Shown one piece after another: positions 9,875 through 19,865 of a stretch of 64,000 nucleotides of DNA (its first letter is position 1; the number at the start of each line of letters is the position of its first letter). A model generated the notes under the pieces. That model did no database searches and had not been told where the DNA came from. It saw only the letters and a program-made list of their open reading frames with translations. The DNA is from Bacteroidaceae bacterium (lineage in GTDB: Bacteria; Bacteroidota; Bacteroidia; Bacteroidales; Bacteroidaceae), in contig JAFXHQ010000071.1 in NCBI GenBank assembly GCA_017536325.1, positions 573-64,572 on the forward strand. The letters run 5' to 3'. The position numbers and the translations under genes are program-made.

Positions 9875-11209
9875 ATGGAAATTCTAATGCGCGCACTACA
9901 GCTCATTCTTGCATTGAGCTTATTGGTGCTTATACATGAGTTCGGACACTTTCTTTTTGCACGACTCTTCAAGGTAAGGGTCGATAAGTTCTATCTCTTC
10001 TTTGACTGGAAGTTCTCGCTTTTCAAATGGAAACCCAAGAAGAGTGATACCGAATATGGTATTGGCTGGGTACCTCTTGGAGGCTACTGCAAGATTGCCG
10101 GAATGATTGACGAATCTATGGACAAGGAGCAGATGAACAAGCCGCCACAGCCATGGGAATACCGTTCAAAACCGGCATGGCAGAGATTGTTAATAATAAT
10201 TGGCGGTGTCCTATTCAACCTCATCCTTGCCGTATTCATCTATTCAATGATACTTTTTACATGGGGTGAGGATTATACAGACCTTCACAAGATGGAAAAT
10301 GGCTTTGTATTCAACAAGACCGCAAAGGAAATTGGATTCCGTGACGGAGATATGCTCATATCCTTTGACGGTGAGGAAGCCCACGAACTATATCATGACA
10401 AGGTTCGTAAAATGGATATATTCCGCGATATCTGCAATGCAAACACTGTAACTGTAAGACGCGACGACAAAGAGCTCGACATTGCAATACCCGACACTCT
10501 AGGACTGCTGAATATGAACAAGGAGGGTATATTCCTCAGCGAACGCATCCTGCCTGTTGTTGACAGTGTTGCACCTGGCAAGGCTGCAGCAAAGGCCGGA
10601 ATTGTAAAAGGCGACCGCATAGTAGCCATAGACGGTGATGCCATCTCGTCATGGACCGACATACAGAACAAGATGGCAGACCTTAAGGAAGCAAACAAGA
10701 ACAGGTTCGACATAATTGTACAACGCGACGGAATTATATGCCTGACAGCAGAAGTGGATACCGAGTATGTTCTTGATGCATATGCTACAGGCAACGATTA
10801 CCCTGTAGAGCACCTTGAATACGGTTTCTTTGAATCGATACCGGCAGGAGCATCATATGCCGTAGCTGTACTGCGCGGTTATGTGAGCGACTTCCAATAC
10901 GTATTCACATCTGAAGGTGCTAAGTCGGTAGGAATGTTCGCATCCATCGGAAGCCTCTTCCCGGCAGAGTGGAACTGGCATGAGTTCTGGCTGATGACTG
11001 CATTCCTCTCAATCATACTCGCATTCATGAACATACTGCCTGTACCGGCTTTGGACGGTGGCCACGCACTGTTCATTATTGTAGAAATGATTACTGGCAA
11101 GAAGCCAAGCGACAAGTTCCTGGAGCGTGCACAGCTGGTAGGCATGCTCATCATCCTCGGTCTGTTTATTCTTGCAACATATAACGATATAAGCAAATTC
11201 CTGTTCTAA
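9875..11209 (+). CDS. rseP: RIP (site-2) zinc metalloprotease RseP
   Basis: HEFGHFLFAR zinc motif in TM1, internal PDZ-like region, C-terminal NILPVPALDGGH motif. Confidence 0.9.
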   Translation: MEILMRALQLILALSLLVLIHEFGHFLFARLFKVRVDKFYLFFDWKFSLFKWKPKKSDTEYGIGWVPLGGYCKIAGMIDESMDKEQMNKPPQPWEYRSKPAWQRLLIIIGGVLFNLILAVFIYSMILFTWGEDYTDLHKMENGFVFNKTAKEIGFRDGDMLISFDGEEAHELYHDKVRKMDIFRDICNANTVTVRRDDKELDIAIPDTLGLLNMNKEGIFLSERILPVVDSVAPGKAAAKAGIVKGDRIVAIDGDAISSWTDIQNKMADLKEANKNRFDIIVQRDGIICLTAEVDTEYVLDAYATGNDYPVEHLEYGFFESIPAGASYAVAVLRGYVSDFQYVFTSEGAKSVGMFASIGSLFPAEWNWHEFWLMTAFLSIILAFMNILPVPALDGGHALFIIVEMITGKKPSDKFLERAQLVGMLIILGLFILATYNDISKFLF

Positions 11210-12439
11210 ATGAAAAGCATTATATTACTCGTATCGTCCATCCTGACGACAGCAACAATGATATCCTGTGCTACCGGTGAAAAGACGACTCTATCCAATG
11301 GAAAAACATCCGGACCCGGGGCCAGTATCGACAATGTAACCTACAGCGAAACAGACAATTCCAATAACCCGTTCTGGGGGAATCTGTTCATCGAAGTGTG
11401 CAGGAACAGCGAAGCAGAGAACATCTGTGTCTCTCCGCTCAGTGCACAGTTCGCGCTCTCAATGACTGCCAACGGAGCTACCGGCGAGACACAAAAAGAG
11501 ATGTACAGTACAATGCGCATGGAGAGCGATATGAATACCGCAGCCAAGGAGACCATCGAGAGGCTCACCGAATGCAACTACGAATGCGAGGTAAACATCG
11601 CGAACTCCATATGGATAAACGAAAAGCTGGACGTGAAGCAGAAGTTCATTGATACGAACAAAGAGTTCTTCAATGCACTGGTAACAACAGCCCCATTCAA
11701 CATGGAGACCTTGCATGCCATAAACAGCTGGTGCAGCGAGAACACAAAAGGTAAGATAAAGTCGGCTATTGACGAGATAAAGAGAAACGACAGGATGTAC
11801 CTCATCAACGCACTCTACTTCAAGGGCGGATGGAAAGATGAGTTCAACAAGAGCATGACCAAAGAGATGCCGTTCACCAAAGAAGACTGCAGTATAGTAA
11901 GAGTGCCCATGATGAACCAAAGCATCAGGACACAGTATTATGAGGACAGTGTTATACAGATAGTGGCAAAGCTTTTCGACACAACCTACCAGATGCTGCT
12001 TATATTGCCGGCAGATGGTGTTGCTACAGAAGAGGCTGCAGCACACCTATCGGCCAACTACGAGAAGATACTCGAAGAGATGTCCACCTACCAGGTTACA
12101 CTCTCAATGCCCAAGTTCCAGAGTGATTTCGGCACAAGCCTCAAGGAGCCTCTTACGAAAATGGGGATGCCACGTGCATTCAGCAGAAACGCGCAGTTTG
12201 ACGGTATTTCCGACGAACCGCTCTACATTGACGATGTTTTCCAGAAAACGTTCATAAAGGTCGATGAGACAGGCGCCGAGGCTGCAGCACTTACAGTCGT
12301 GAGGACTGGACTCCTCGCCTCGAACCAGAGACCAAAGGAGAGAATTGTCAACCTTGACAGGCCGTTCATATACCTTATAACAGACTACAAGCCCGAAAAT
12401 ATCCTTTTCATAGGCAAAGTAGGCAACCCCAACGAATAA
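11210..12439 (+). CDS. serpin-family protease inhibitor, predicted lipoprotein
   Basis: Lipobox-like LTTATMISC. Serpin hinge and reactive-centre loop: KVDETGAEAAALTVVRTGLLASNQRPKERIVNLDRPFIYLI. The ATG directly abuts the rseP stop (TAAATG). Confidence 0.85.
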   Translation: MKSIILLVSSILTTATMISCATGEKTTLSNGKTSGPGASIDNVTYSETDNSNNPFWGNLFIEVCRNSEAENICVSPLSAQFALSMTANGATGETQKEMYSTMRMESDMNTAAKETIERLTECNYECEVNIANSIWINEKLDVKQKFIDTNKEFFNALVTTAPFNMETLHAINSWCSENTKGKIKSAIDEIKRNDRMYLINALYFKGGWKDEFNKSMTKEMPFTKEDCSIVRVPMMNQSIRTQYYEDSVIQIVAKLFDTTYQMLLILPADGVATEEAAAHLSANYEKILEEMSTYQVTLSMPKFQSDFGTSLKEPLTKMGMPRAFSRNAQFDGISDEPLYIDDVFQKTFIKVDETGAEAAALTVVRTGLLASNQRPKERIVNLDRPFIYLITDYKPENILFIGKVGNPNE

Positions 12440-12463
12440 TAACCAATAATAAAAACTTATATT

Positions 12464-13783
12464 ATGAAACGTATATTTGGTACAATACTGTTATTGCTGA
12501 TTGTAGCGACAGGCTATGCAGGCCCAAAGTACATCTTCTATTTCATCGGTGACGGAATGGGACCGTCGCACGTACTCGGAACAGAGCTCTACCTTGGCGA
12601 GCTCAAAGGTGTCATAGGCAGGCCACAGAAGCTCTGCTTTACACAGTTCCCCGAAACAGCCTTTGTCACAACCTTCTCGGCAAGCAATGGCGTCACCGAC
12701 TCGGCCGCATCGGGCACGGCACTCTCTACCGGTACCAAGACCAACAACGGCCATTTGGGTGTAGATGCCAACGGCAAGCCGCTCTACAGCGTTGCACTTG
12801 ATGCCAAGAAGAACGGGATGGCCGTGGGAATTGCCACAACTGTGTGTATCAACCACGCGACACCGGGTGCCTTCTATGCACACAATAATGACCGTAATAA
12901 TTACAACGAGATTGCACAGTGGATGCTCGAAGCCGATTACGATTTCTATGCAGGCGGTGATGCAAAATGCAGCATAGAGCAGCGAAACGATCTCTACGAG
13001 AGATTGCACAAGCAGGGTTACTCAATAGTACGCGGATATGAAGACTATGCCGCAAGAGGCAGCAAAGCCGACAAAATCATGCTCTACCAGAAAAAGATAG
13101 CGACCGAGCTACCATACGCAATTGACCGCAATGAGGATGACCTTACACTTGCTGAAATAACCAAAGCCGGCATAGATTTCCTTGAAGGAAAAAGCAAGAA
13201 GGGATTCTTTATGATGATAGAGGGCGGAAAGATTGACTATGCATCGCACAACGACGATGCCGCAACAATGATGCAGGAGGTTCTCGATTTCAACGATGCC
13301 ATTGAGGTTGCCTATGAGTTCTACAAGAAGCACAAGGATGAGACACTGATAATTGTAACAGCCGACCACGAGACAGGCGGTATTGTCCTGGGCTACAGCG
13401 GTGCATATAAACTGAACCTGCAGGCACTCTCAACACAGAAGGTGAGCCTTGAAAAGCTCATTTCTATGCTTGAAACATTGAAGGAGACCACTTGGGGCGA
13501 TGTTACGGCTTTAGTAAAGGAGAATATCGGTGTCGAGCCACGCGGAGCACATAGCAGTGACGAAAAGGTGAAGATGACACACGACCTTGCAAAGCAGATT
13601 GCAAATGAGGCCATATACGACCTTAACCGCAAAGCTCTTATCTCCTGGGCAAGCGGCAACCACTCTGGCACATTCGTGCCGCTGTTCGCTATTGGCGAGG
13701 ATGCCGATGAGTTCCATGGTGTCATCGACAATACCGACATTCCTAAAATAATACGGAGAATAGCCGGCTTCAAAAACAAATGA
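12464..13783 (+). CDS. alkaline phosphatase (PhoA family), secreted
   Basis: FIGDGMG metal site, active-site TDSAASGTALSTGTKT, late DHETGG motif, and a signal peptide. Confidence 0.9.
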   Translation: MKRIFGTILLLLIVATGYAGPKYIFYFIGDGMGPSHVLGTELYLGELKGVIGRPQKLCFTQFPETAFVTTFSASNGVTDSAASGTALSTGTKTNNGHLGVDANGKPLYSVALDAKKNGMAVGIATTVCINHATPGAFYAHNNDRNNYNEIAQWMLEADYDFYAGGDAKCSIEQRNDLYERLHKQGYSIVRGYEDYAARGSKADKIMLYQKKIATELPYAIDRNEDDLTLAEITKAGIDFLEGKSKKGFFMMIEGGKIDYASHNDDAATMMQEVLDFNDAIEVAYEFYKKHKDETLIIVTADHETGGIVLGYSGAYKLNLQALSTQKVSLEKLISMLETLKETTWGDVTALVKENIGVEPRGAHSSDEKVKMTHDLAKQIANEAIYDLNRKALISWASGNHSGTFVPLFAIGEDADEFHGVIDNTDIPKIIRRIAGFKNK

Positions 13784-13790
13784 ACCATAA

Positions 13791-13826
13791 AAGTGAGCAT
13801 CCTGCCATTCGGTTGGATGCTCACTT
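13791..13826 (+). terminator. hairpin terminator after the alkaline phosphatase gene
   Basis: Perfect 12-bp stem AAGTGAGCATCC / GGATGCTCACTT with a 12-nt loop, 8 nt after the stop. Confidence 0.6.
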
Positions 13827-13884
13827 AGTCTAATAGAAGACACCCTCCAAAAGAAGGTCCTCTATAAACAATCGTGATACACGA

Positions 13885-14274
13885 TTATAGATCAATAAGC
13901 TGCTCTATTTTACTCTCCAGAGCTTTCTCAAAGCCATCCATAGCCTTCTCCAACTCCTTCTCGTATTTTGCAATCTGCTCGTCACTGAGCGATTCCTCAA
14001 ACTCCAACATCTCCTCGGCATATGCCTCCTCAAATTCAGTCACCGCAATCGAGCACTCCTCTGCCAAATTGTATAGGACATCTATAATCTTTGCCGAATT
14101 TATCTTCTCGGTATAGGACTTATAAATGTTTATCAGTCTTTCCTTTAAATTTCCCTTGTCATCAGAGCCAAACGACTCCAAATTTTCATTCATGGGTAAA
14201 CCAGCGTTGTTTACAGCCATGCTGCCGCCTGCCATAAACATGAAGGCAAGAAGCACAAGAAACATCTTTTTCAT
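13885..14274 (-). CDS. small acidic secreted protein of unknown function
   Basis: 129-aa ORF, signal peptide MKKMFLVLLAFMFMAGGSMA, then a Glu/Lys-rich helical-looking sequence. I recognise no family. Confidence 0.55.
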   Translation of the reverse strand: MKKMFLVLLAFMFMAGGSMAVNNAGLPMNENLESFGSDDKGNLKERLINIYKSYTEKINSAKIIDVLYNLAEECSIAVTEFEEAYAEEMLEFEESLSDEQIAKYEKELEKAMDGFEKALESKIEQLIDL

Positions 14275-14388
14275 AGTAACTCTATTTTTACAGGTTGAAC
14301 GGGAATGCAGAATAGTTTTACATCAAACGTCAACCTTTGGATTTCTGCAAATATAATATTTATTTATCCAAAATCAAATTAAAACAAA

Positions 14389-14424
14389 AGATAGAGCAAC
14401 GGAAAGGACTCTGTTGCTCTATCT
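14389..14424 (-). terminator. hairpin terminator after the M23/LysM peptidase gene
   Basis: Perfect 12-bp stem AGATAGAGCAAC / GTTGCTCTATCT, followed on the minus strand by a T-rich run (CTTTTGTTTTAATTTGATTTT). Confidence 0.65.
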
Positions 14425-14444
14425 TCTTTGCTGTAGGAAAGCAT

Positions 14445-15305
14445 TTATCTGATACGCAATCTCTGCCCTGGGCGTATTATAGAACTGGATTTAAGGCCAT
14501 TCAGACGCATTATTGTCTTCTGCGACACACCGTGCTTCTTCGCAATCTTTCCAATTGTATCGCCACTCCTTACCTTGTGATATTTAGGCTGTGTATATTT
14601 TGCCTTGACCTTTTCGTTATGCTTCGGGTCTGCCTTGCAGAAAAGATAGCTATCGCCTTTAATCTTCTGATTCTCGAAGTCGAACATCATTGCCGGGTCA
14701 ATGCTCATGCCCATGATGATTGTCTCGAAATGGAGATGAGAGCCTGTTGAACGGCCGGTATTACCGCCAAGACCAATGGGATCGCCTGCCTTCACATTCT
14801 GGTCCTCGGTTACAAGACGCTTCGACAGATGGGCATAGAGAGTCTCTATACCGTTATTGTGACGTATTACCACATAGTGGCCATATCCTCTTCTTTGGAA
14901 AGTCGTTATACGCACCTTTCCATCAAAGGCAGCATATATGGTATCACCTACCTGCACCTTTATATCAAGTCCCTGGTGAACACGGCCACGACGCGGACGG
15001 TAACCGAATATATCCGTAATCCTTCTATTGGTCGTAGGCATAACGGCACCGCTGAGGTCAATACGGAATGAGTCGGGCAGTACAGCTGAATAATGCACAC
15101 CGCTATTCTTCCATGAGGGGTACATCTCGCTCATTGGAAGTATATATGCTTCGTTAAGCAAAGTTGCATGCTGGGCTACCGTATCTACCTTGCCAAGCGG
15201 TTCTGGCAACATCACCTCTTCCATAAACGCATCCTGTGCATTTACGGTCAATGCCGAAGCAAAGAAGAGGGCTACTGAGAATATATATTTATACAGTTTC
15301 TTCAT
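14445..15305 (-). CDS. M23 peptidase with C-terminal LysM domain
   Basis: HQGLDIKV ... GSHLHFE M23 motifs. C-terminal YHKVRSGDTIGKIAKKHGVSQKTIMRLNGL LysM. Signal peptide from ATG 15305 (MKKLYKYIFSVALFFASALTVNAQ). Confidence 0.85.
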   Translation of the reverse strand: MKKLYKYIFSVALFFASALTVNAQDAFMEEVMLPEPLGKVDTVAQHATLLNEAYILPMSEMYPSWKNSGVHYSAVLPDSFRIDLSGAVMPTTNRRITDIFGYRPRRGRVHQGLDIKVQVGDTIYAAFDGKVRITTFQRRGYGHYVVIRHNNGIETLYAHLSKRLVTEDQNVKAGDPIGLGGNTGRSTGSHLHFETIIMGMSIDPAMMFDFENQKIKGDSYLFCKADPKHNEKVKAKYTQPKYHKVRSGDTIGKIAKKHGVSQKTIMRLNGLKSSSIIRPGQRLRIR

Positions 15306-15312
15306 TTCCCGA

Positions 15313-15786
15313 TTACATATATTTCTGGCTCTCTTCGCCACCATACTCAAAACGTGTCACAGCCGATTCATAATCGAAAAGTTCATCGGGCTTGAAGAAA
15401 CGCGCAATCTCAACAAGTGCATTCTCTACAGAATCCGAAGCATGTACTACGTTCTGCTCACCGCTCATTGAGAAGTCGCCACGTATTGTACCCGGAAGTG
15501 CCTTACGGGAGTTTGTTGCACCTACAAGAAGACGTACAGTCTCTACAGCCTCCGCACCTTCGACACAGCAAGCAATTATAGGAGCAGCCTGCATAGAAGC
15601 CTTCAGATAAGGGAAGAATGGACGTTCCTTCAGATGAGCATAATGCTCATTCACGATTTCATCTGTCATGAACAGCATCTTGATACCCACGAAACGAAGA
15701 CCTTTACGTTCAAAACGAGTGATAATGTCACCAATGATACCACGCTGGATAGCATTAGGCTTCACTAAAATAAGTGTTCTTTCCAT
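15313..15786 (-). CDS. ndk: nucleoside-diphosphate kinase
   Basis: MERTLILVKPNAIQRGIIGDIITRFE and NVVHASDS active-site region. Start at ATG 15786. Confidence 0.95.
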   Translation of the reverse strand: MERTLILVKPNAIQRGIIGDIITRFERKGLRFVGIKMLFMTDEIVNEHYAHLKERPFFPYLKASMQAAPIIACCVEGAEAVETVRLLVGATNSRKALPGTIRGDFSMSGEQNVVHASDSVENALVEIARFFKPDELFDYESAVTRFEYGGEESQKYM

Positions 15787-15872
15787 AAGAAAAATAAATT
15801 TAGAATCCAACCCTGTACAGGACAAGAGGCCCTGTATTTCCTAAAAAGTTATGCAGAATCGCCAACAGGTTG

Positions 15873-15880
15873 CAAAGATA
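15873..15880 (-). promoter_or_regulatory. candidate -7 promoter box (TATCTTTG) upstream of ndk
   Basis: The minus strand reads TATCTTTG, an exact TAnnTTTG match, 87 nt upstream of the ndk ATG. Confidence 0.35.
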
Positions 15881-15939
15881 GCAAAAAATATTTATCGTCA
15901 AATATATTAATGACTTAACTTTTGTGAAAGAAACAAAAA

Positions 15940-18039
15940 TCAGGATATTGCACCCCAGTTCCACCCGTTCATTCTCTTAATCATACGAAGCCGTTCCCAT
16001 ACCACCCTGTATTGCGGATGGTTACATTCAGGGTCGGCATCTACGACCTCACGTGCCACCTCACGCACAAATTTGAGTATCTGCTCATCCCGTGCCAGAT
16101 TGGCAATCTTAAGGTCAAAAGCAATACCGCTCTGTTGAGTACCCTCCATATCTCCTGGACCACGAAGTTTAAGGTCTGCCTCGGCAATCTCAAAGCCATC
16201 ATTGCTCGTAGTCATTATCTCCATACGTTTGCGGGTATCTTCGGAAAGTTTGTAATCAGTTACAAGCAGACAGAAAGATTGCGCCGCCCCTCTACCTACA
16301 CGGCCACGCAACTGATGCAGCTGCGAAAGCCCGAAACGCTCTGCATTCTCTATTACCATAACAGATGCATTAGGCACATCCACACCCACCTCGATTACTG
16401 TAGTAGAAACCAATATCTGTGTCTCGCCCTGAGCAAAACGGCGCATCTCCTCATCCTTCTCCTTGGGTTTCATCTTGCCGTGCAGCTTGCCCAATTTGTA
16501 GTCGCAAAAGATATTGCATAATTGGTTATAGCCATCCTCAAGATTTTTGAGATCGAGTTTCTCGTTCTCCTTTATAAGAGGATAAACCACATAAGCCTGC
16601 CTACCTTCTTCGAGTTGTTTCTTTATAAAAGAGTACATCCCATCGGCACGGCTACGGAAAACATGTGTGGTAGTTATAGGCTTACGTCCTGGAGGCAACT
16701 CATCTATTACCGAAACATCGAGGTCGCCATAGAGAGTCATTGCCAAGGTTCGTGGGATGGGCGTTGCAGTCATCACCAGAACATGAGGAGGAATATTGTT
16801 CTTCGCCCACATCTTTGCACGTTGTACCACACCGAAACGGTGCTGTTCATCAATGACCACAAGCCCCAGATTATAGAACTGTACATTATCCTCAAGCACT
16901 GCATGTGTGCCCACAAGTATATCGATTTCGCCCGAGGCAAGGTCCTCGAAGAGCGGTACCCTCTCCTTTGCCTTAGTACTGCCTGTCAGCAACTCCACCC
17001 TTACCGGTAATGAACCGAGCATGCGACGCAATGTCGCGAAATGCTGCTCGGCAAGAATTTCGGTAGGCACAAGCATACAGGCCTGATATCCGTTGTCCTT
17101 AGCAAGAAGCATCGACAGCAATGCAACCAGCGTCTTTCCGCTACCTACATCGCCTTGGATAAGACGGTTCATCTGCCGATTACTGTTCACATCGGCACGT
17201 ATCTCCCTAACTACACGCTTCTGCGCTCCTGTCAGTTCAAAAGGAAGATTCTCATGATAGAAACGGTTAAACATATCACCGACCTTGGCAAAACGGTGTC
17301 CCACATATCTCAACTGTCTGTCCTTGGCATAATGCAGGATATTCAATTGTATATAGAAAAGCTCTTCGAACTTGAGACGGTACTGCGCCAGTTGGAGTTC
17401 CTTGCCGTTCTTCGGGAAATGGATTATACGAAGAGCGTCATCGAGTGACATCAAGCCATGTTTTCTTGTTATGTCGGAAGAAAGAGTCTCCTCAATCTCC
17501 CTGTTAAGCAACGTGAAGAGATTCTGGACAAGTTTTGCCATGGCATTAGAGTTCAATCCGCTACGCTTCATTCTTTCGGTAGTATTATAATATGGCTGAA
17601 GCCCCATATTGTCAAGTTTCAGCAATGCTGCATCATCGACATCAGGGTGAGCGATATTGACCCTCCCGTTAAACATTGAGGGCTTGCCGAACACAACATA
17701 CTGCGTATTCAGCTTAAGTCGGTTCTTTACAAACTTTAATCCACGGAACCACACAAGATCGACAAATGCCGTACCGTCGGTAAAATGTGCGACAAGCCTG
17801 CGCGATGCGCCCTCACCCATCTCCTCGAACGAGCGTATCTCACCCAACAGCTGCACATGCTGCATGTGGCCGCCCAATTCTGCAACCTTAAACACACGGC
17901 TCCTGTCTATATACTTATAGGGGAAATAGTACAACAAATCATACAAGGAGCGTATTCCCAGCTCCTTGTCAAGCAAAGCAGCACGCTGTTCGCCTACACC
18001 CGGAAGGTACTTTATATTTCTTGTTGTGGTATCCAGCAT
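15940..18039 (-). CDS. recG: ATP-dependent DNA helicase RecG
   Basis: 699 aa. Wedge-domain N-terminus, then GDVGSGKT, DEQHRFG and QLRGRVGRG helicase motifs. Confidence 0.95.
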   Translation of the reverse strand: MLDTTTRNIKYLPGVGEQRAALLDKELGIRSLYDLLYYFPYKYIDRSRVFKVAELGGHMQHVQLLGEIRSFEEMGEGASRRLVAHFTDGTAFVDLVWFRGLKFVKNRLKLNTQYVVFGKPSMFNGRVNIAHPDVDDAALLKLDNMGLQPYYNTTERMKRSGLNSNAMAKLVQNLFTLLNREIEETLSSDITRKHGLMSLDDALRIIHFPKNGKELQLAQYRLKFEELFYIQLNILHYAKDRQLRYVGHRFAKVGDMFNRFYHENLPFELTGAQKRVVREIRADVNSNRQMNRLIQGDVGSGKTLVALLSMLLAKDNGYQACMLVPTEILAEQHFATLRRMLGSLPVRVELLTGSTKAKERVPLFEDLASGEIDILVGTHAVLEDNVQFYNLGLVVIDEQHRFGVVQRAKMWAKNNIPPHVLVMTATPIPRTLAMTLYGDLDVSVIDELPPGRKPITTTHVFRSRADGMYSFIKKQLEEGRQAYVVYPLIKENEKLDLKNLEDGYNQLCNIFCDYKLGKLHGKMKPKEKDEEMRRFAQGETQILVSTTVIEVGVDVPNASVMVIENAERFGLSQLHQLRGRVGRGAAQSFCLLVTDYKLSEDTRKRMEIMTTSNDGFEIAEADLKLRGPGDMEGTQQSGIAFDLKIANLARDEQILKFVREVAREVVDADPECNHPQYRVVWERLRMIKRMNGWNWGAIS

Positions 18040-18710
18040 TCCATCAATGTCTTGGCTATCACAAGGTCAAACGGAGTGGTAAGCTTTATGTTCTCTCGGT
18101 TTCCCTCAACACCTACAACCTGTTCGCCAAGGGCCTCGACTACAGAAGCATCATCAGTAAAGCTTTCGACAAAACGCTGTTCATATGCACGTCGCAGGAG
18201 AGAGAGCCTGAACACCTGCGGTGTCTGAACAAGACGATAACGGTCACGCGGGACAACCTCTGTAACCCCGTTGCCGCCCACAATATGCCGCAGACTGTCC
18301 TGAAGGTCTATCATCGGTATTGCTGCACCATGAACCCAAGCCTCGCAGAAACACTTTTCGAGCACATTTGCAGCCACGAAAGGACGTACTCCATCGTGTA
18401 CGCCAACCAGTGCATCGTCCATATCATCCACCTGTGCAAGACCGTTCTGTACCGAATGGAAACGCGTAGTACCGCCTTGAGCAAGAATGAGCGGTACAGC
18501 AAACTCATATTCACGGCTCAGTTCTTTCCATAGTTCGAAGTGCGCGGCCGGCAACACCAGGATAAGTTGCATTGACGGATCCATGGCATGAAGCCGTTCC
18601 AGTGTAACCATTATAATCGGTTTGCCAGCCAGCAACTGGAATTGCTTCGGCATCTCACCGCCCATTCTCGAACCCTTGCCACCGGCAACTACTATAAGAT
18701 ATTTTTTCAT
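18012..18710 (-). CDS. ispD: 2-C-methyl-D-erythritol 4-phosphate cytidylyltransferase
   Basis: MKKYLIVVAGGKGSRMG N-terminus and VHDGVRPF motif. ATG at 18710. The 3' end overlaps the recG start by 28 nt. Confidence 0.9.
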   Translation of the reverse strand: MKKYLIVVAGGKGSRMGGEMPKQFQLLAGKPIIMVTLERLHAMDPSMQLILVLPAAHFELWKELSREYEFAVPLILAQGGTTRFHSVQNGLAQVDDMDDALVGVHDGVRPFVAANVLEKCFCEAWVHGAAIPMIDLQDSLRHIVGGNGVTEVVPRDRYRLVQTPQVFRLSLLRRAYEQRFVESFTDDASVVEALGEQVVGVEGNRENIKLTTPFDLVIAKTLMECWIPQQEI

Positions 18711-18761
18711 TATTCTATACTCTTTCATCACGGGGAATCTGCATAGCCCCATTTTCCGTTA

Positions 18762-19286
18762 TCATTTGAATGTCACCTCGCAACCGCAACTCTGCTTAAT
18801 ATCCTCAAGCATCCCTTCAACAGCCGCAGGCGAGATTATATCAAGAGCCCTTACACTATCCTCATCATCGTAGAACTTCCACCCCTGCCGCAACATAAAC
18901 CTTATCACATCGTACTCCTTCAGTCTCCTTGAAGAACCCGAGAGCAATTGGCGGACAAATACAAGCAGGAAATATATAAGAGTAACCGATACAGCCCAGA
19001 TTACAGCCGTCAAAGCCACCTTCTCCCAAAGAGCTACCTGGCCTATGACAAATTGCGCACATAGCAGTGCGGGAAACGCGCCCAAAAGAAGAGCAAAAGG
19101 GAAAACCATTCTTCCGCTATTGGCACAACGGGGACAACAAGGGACATATACATCTGCAAAGATGTTGAAATCATAACGTTGCATTTCAACGACTATTGCA
19201 TGCCCCGGATTACTTTTGCTAGGGCAATTATAGCATCGTTCCTTGTCAAAAGAGACCTTTCTTATTTCTACATGGATACCGCTCAT
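18762..19286 (-). CDS. hypothetical membrane protein with N-terminal Cys4 (zinc-ribbon-like) segment
   Basis: 174-aa ORF with CYNCP ... CCPRC, followed by two hydrophobic helices. No family recognised. Confidence 0.5.
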   Translation of the reverse strand: MSGIHVEIRKVSFDKERCYNCPSKSNPGHAIVVEMQRYDFNIFADVYVPCCPRCANSGRMVFPFALLLGAFPALLCAQFVIGQVALWEKVALTAVIWAVSVTLIYFLLVFVRQLLSGSSRRLKEYDVIRFMLRQGWKFYDDEDSVRALDIISPAAVEGMLEDIKQSCGCEVTFK

Positions 19287-19310
19287 GTCACCAGGCTACG
19301 TGGACACACC

Positions 19311-19856
19311 TCAAAACTGCATCTGTGCACGCATCGTATCTACAACCTCTGCACCGCAGAAATGCTCTACAATTGCAAAGCCGAAATCAAAGGAAGCACC
19401 GGGACCGCAACCTGTAATTATGTTACCGTCCTTCTCTACTGCAGCAGCTGTATATATAGCCCCTGTCAATTCCTGTTCACAACCGGGATAACATGTCGCC
19501 TTACGTGAAGCCAACAATCCTATCCTGCCCAAAGCCATAGGAGCTGCACATATTGCAGCCACCAATTTCCCATCCTCGCATGCTTTAGACAAGAGTGCAC
19601 ACAACTGCTTGTGTGCCGACAGGTTCTCGGTACCTACACTTCCACCCGGAAGCACAAGGGCATCGGCATCGGCAAAGTCCGCATCACCGAACATTATATC
19701 TGCCTGTACTGTAACATCCTGTGCCGAAACTACGTTCCTGTCCTCCATTATGGAGACCGTTGTCACATCAATACCTGCACGGCGCATTACATCAACTGGA
19801 GCCAAAGCCTCCACTGTCTCGAATCCGTCGGCAAGAAATACATATACTCTGCTCAT
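19311..19856 (-). CDS. DJ-1/PfpI family protein
   Basis: VYVFLADGFETVEALAPVDVMRRAG, LPGG, and the nucleophile-elbow AAICAAP. Confidence 0.85.
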   Translation of the reverse strand: MSRVYVFLADGFETVEALAPVDVMRRAGIDVTTVSIMEDRNVVSAQDVTVQADIMFGDADFADADALVLPGGSVGTENLSAHKQLCALLSKACEDGKLVAAICAAPMALGRIGLLASRKATCYPGCEQELTGAIYTAAAVEKDGNIITGCGPGASFDFGFAIVEHFCGAEVVDTMRAQMQF

Positions 19857-19865
19857 ATCATATTA

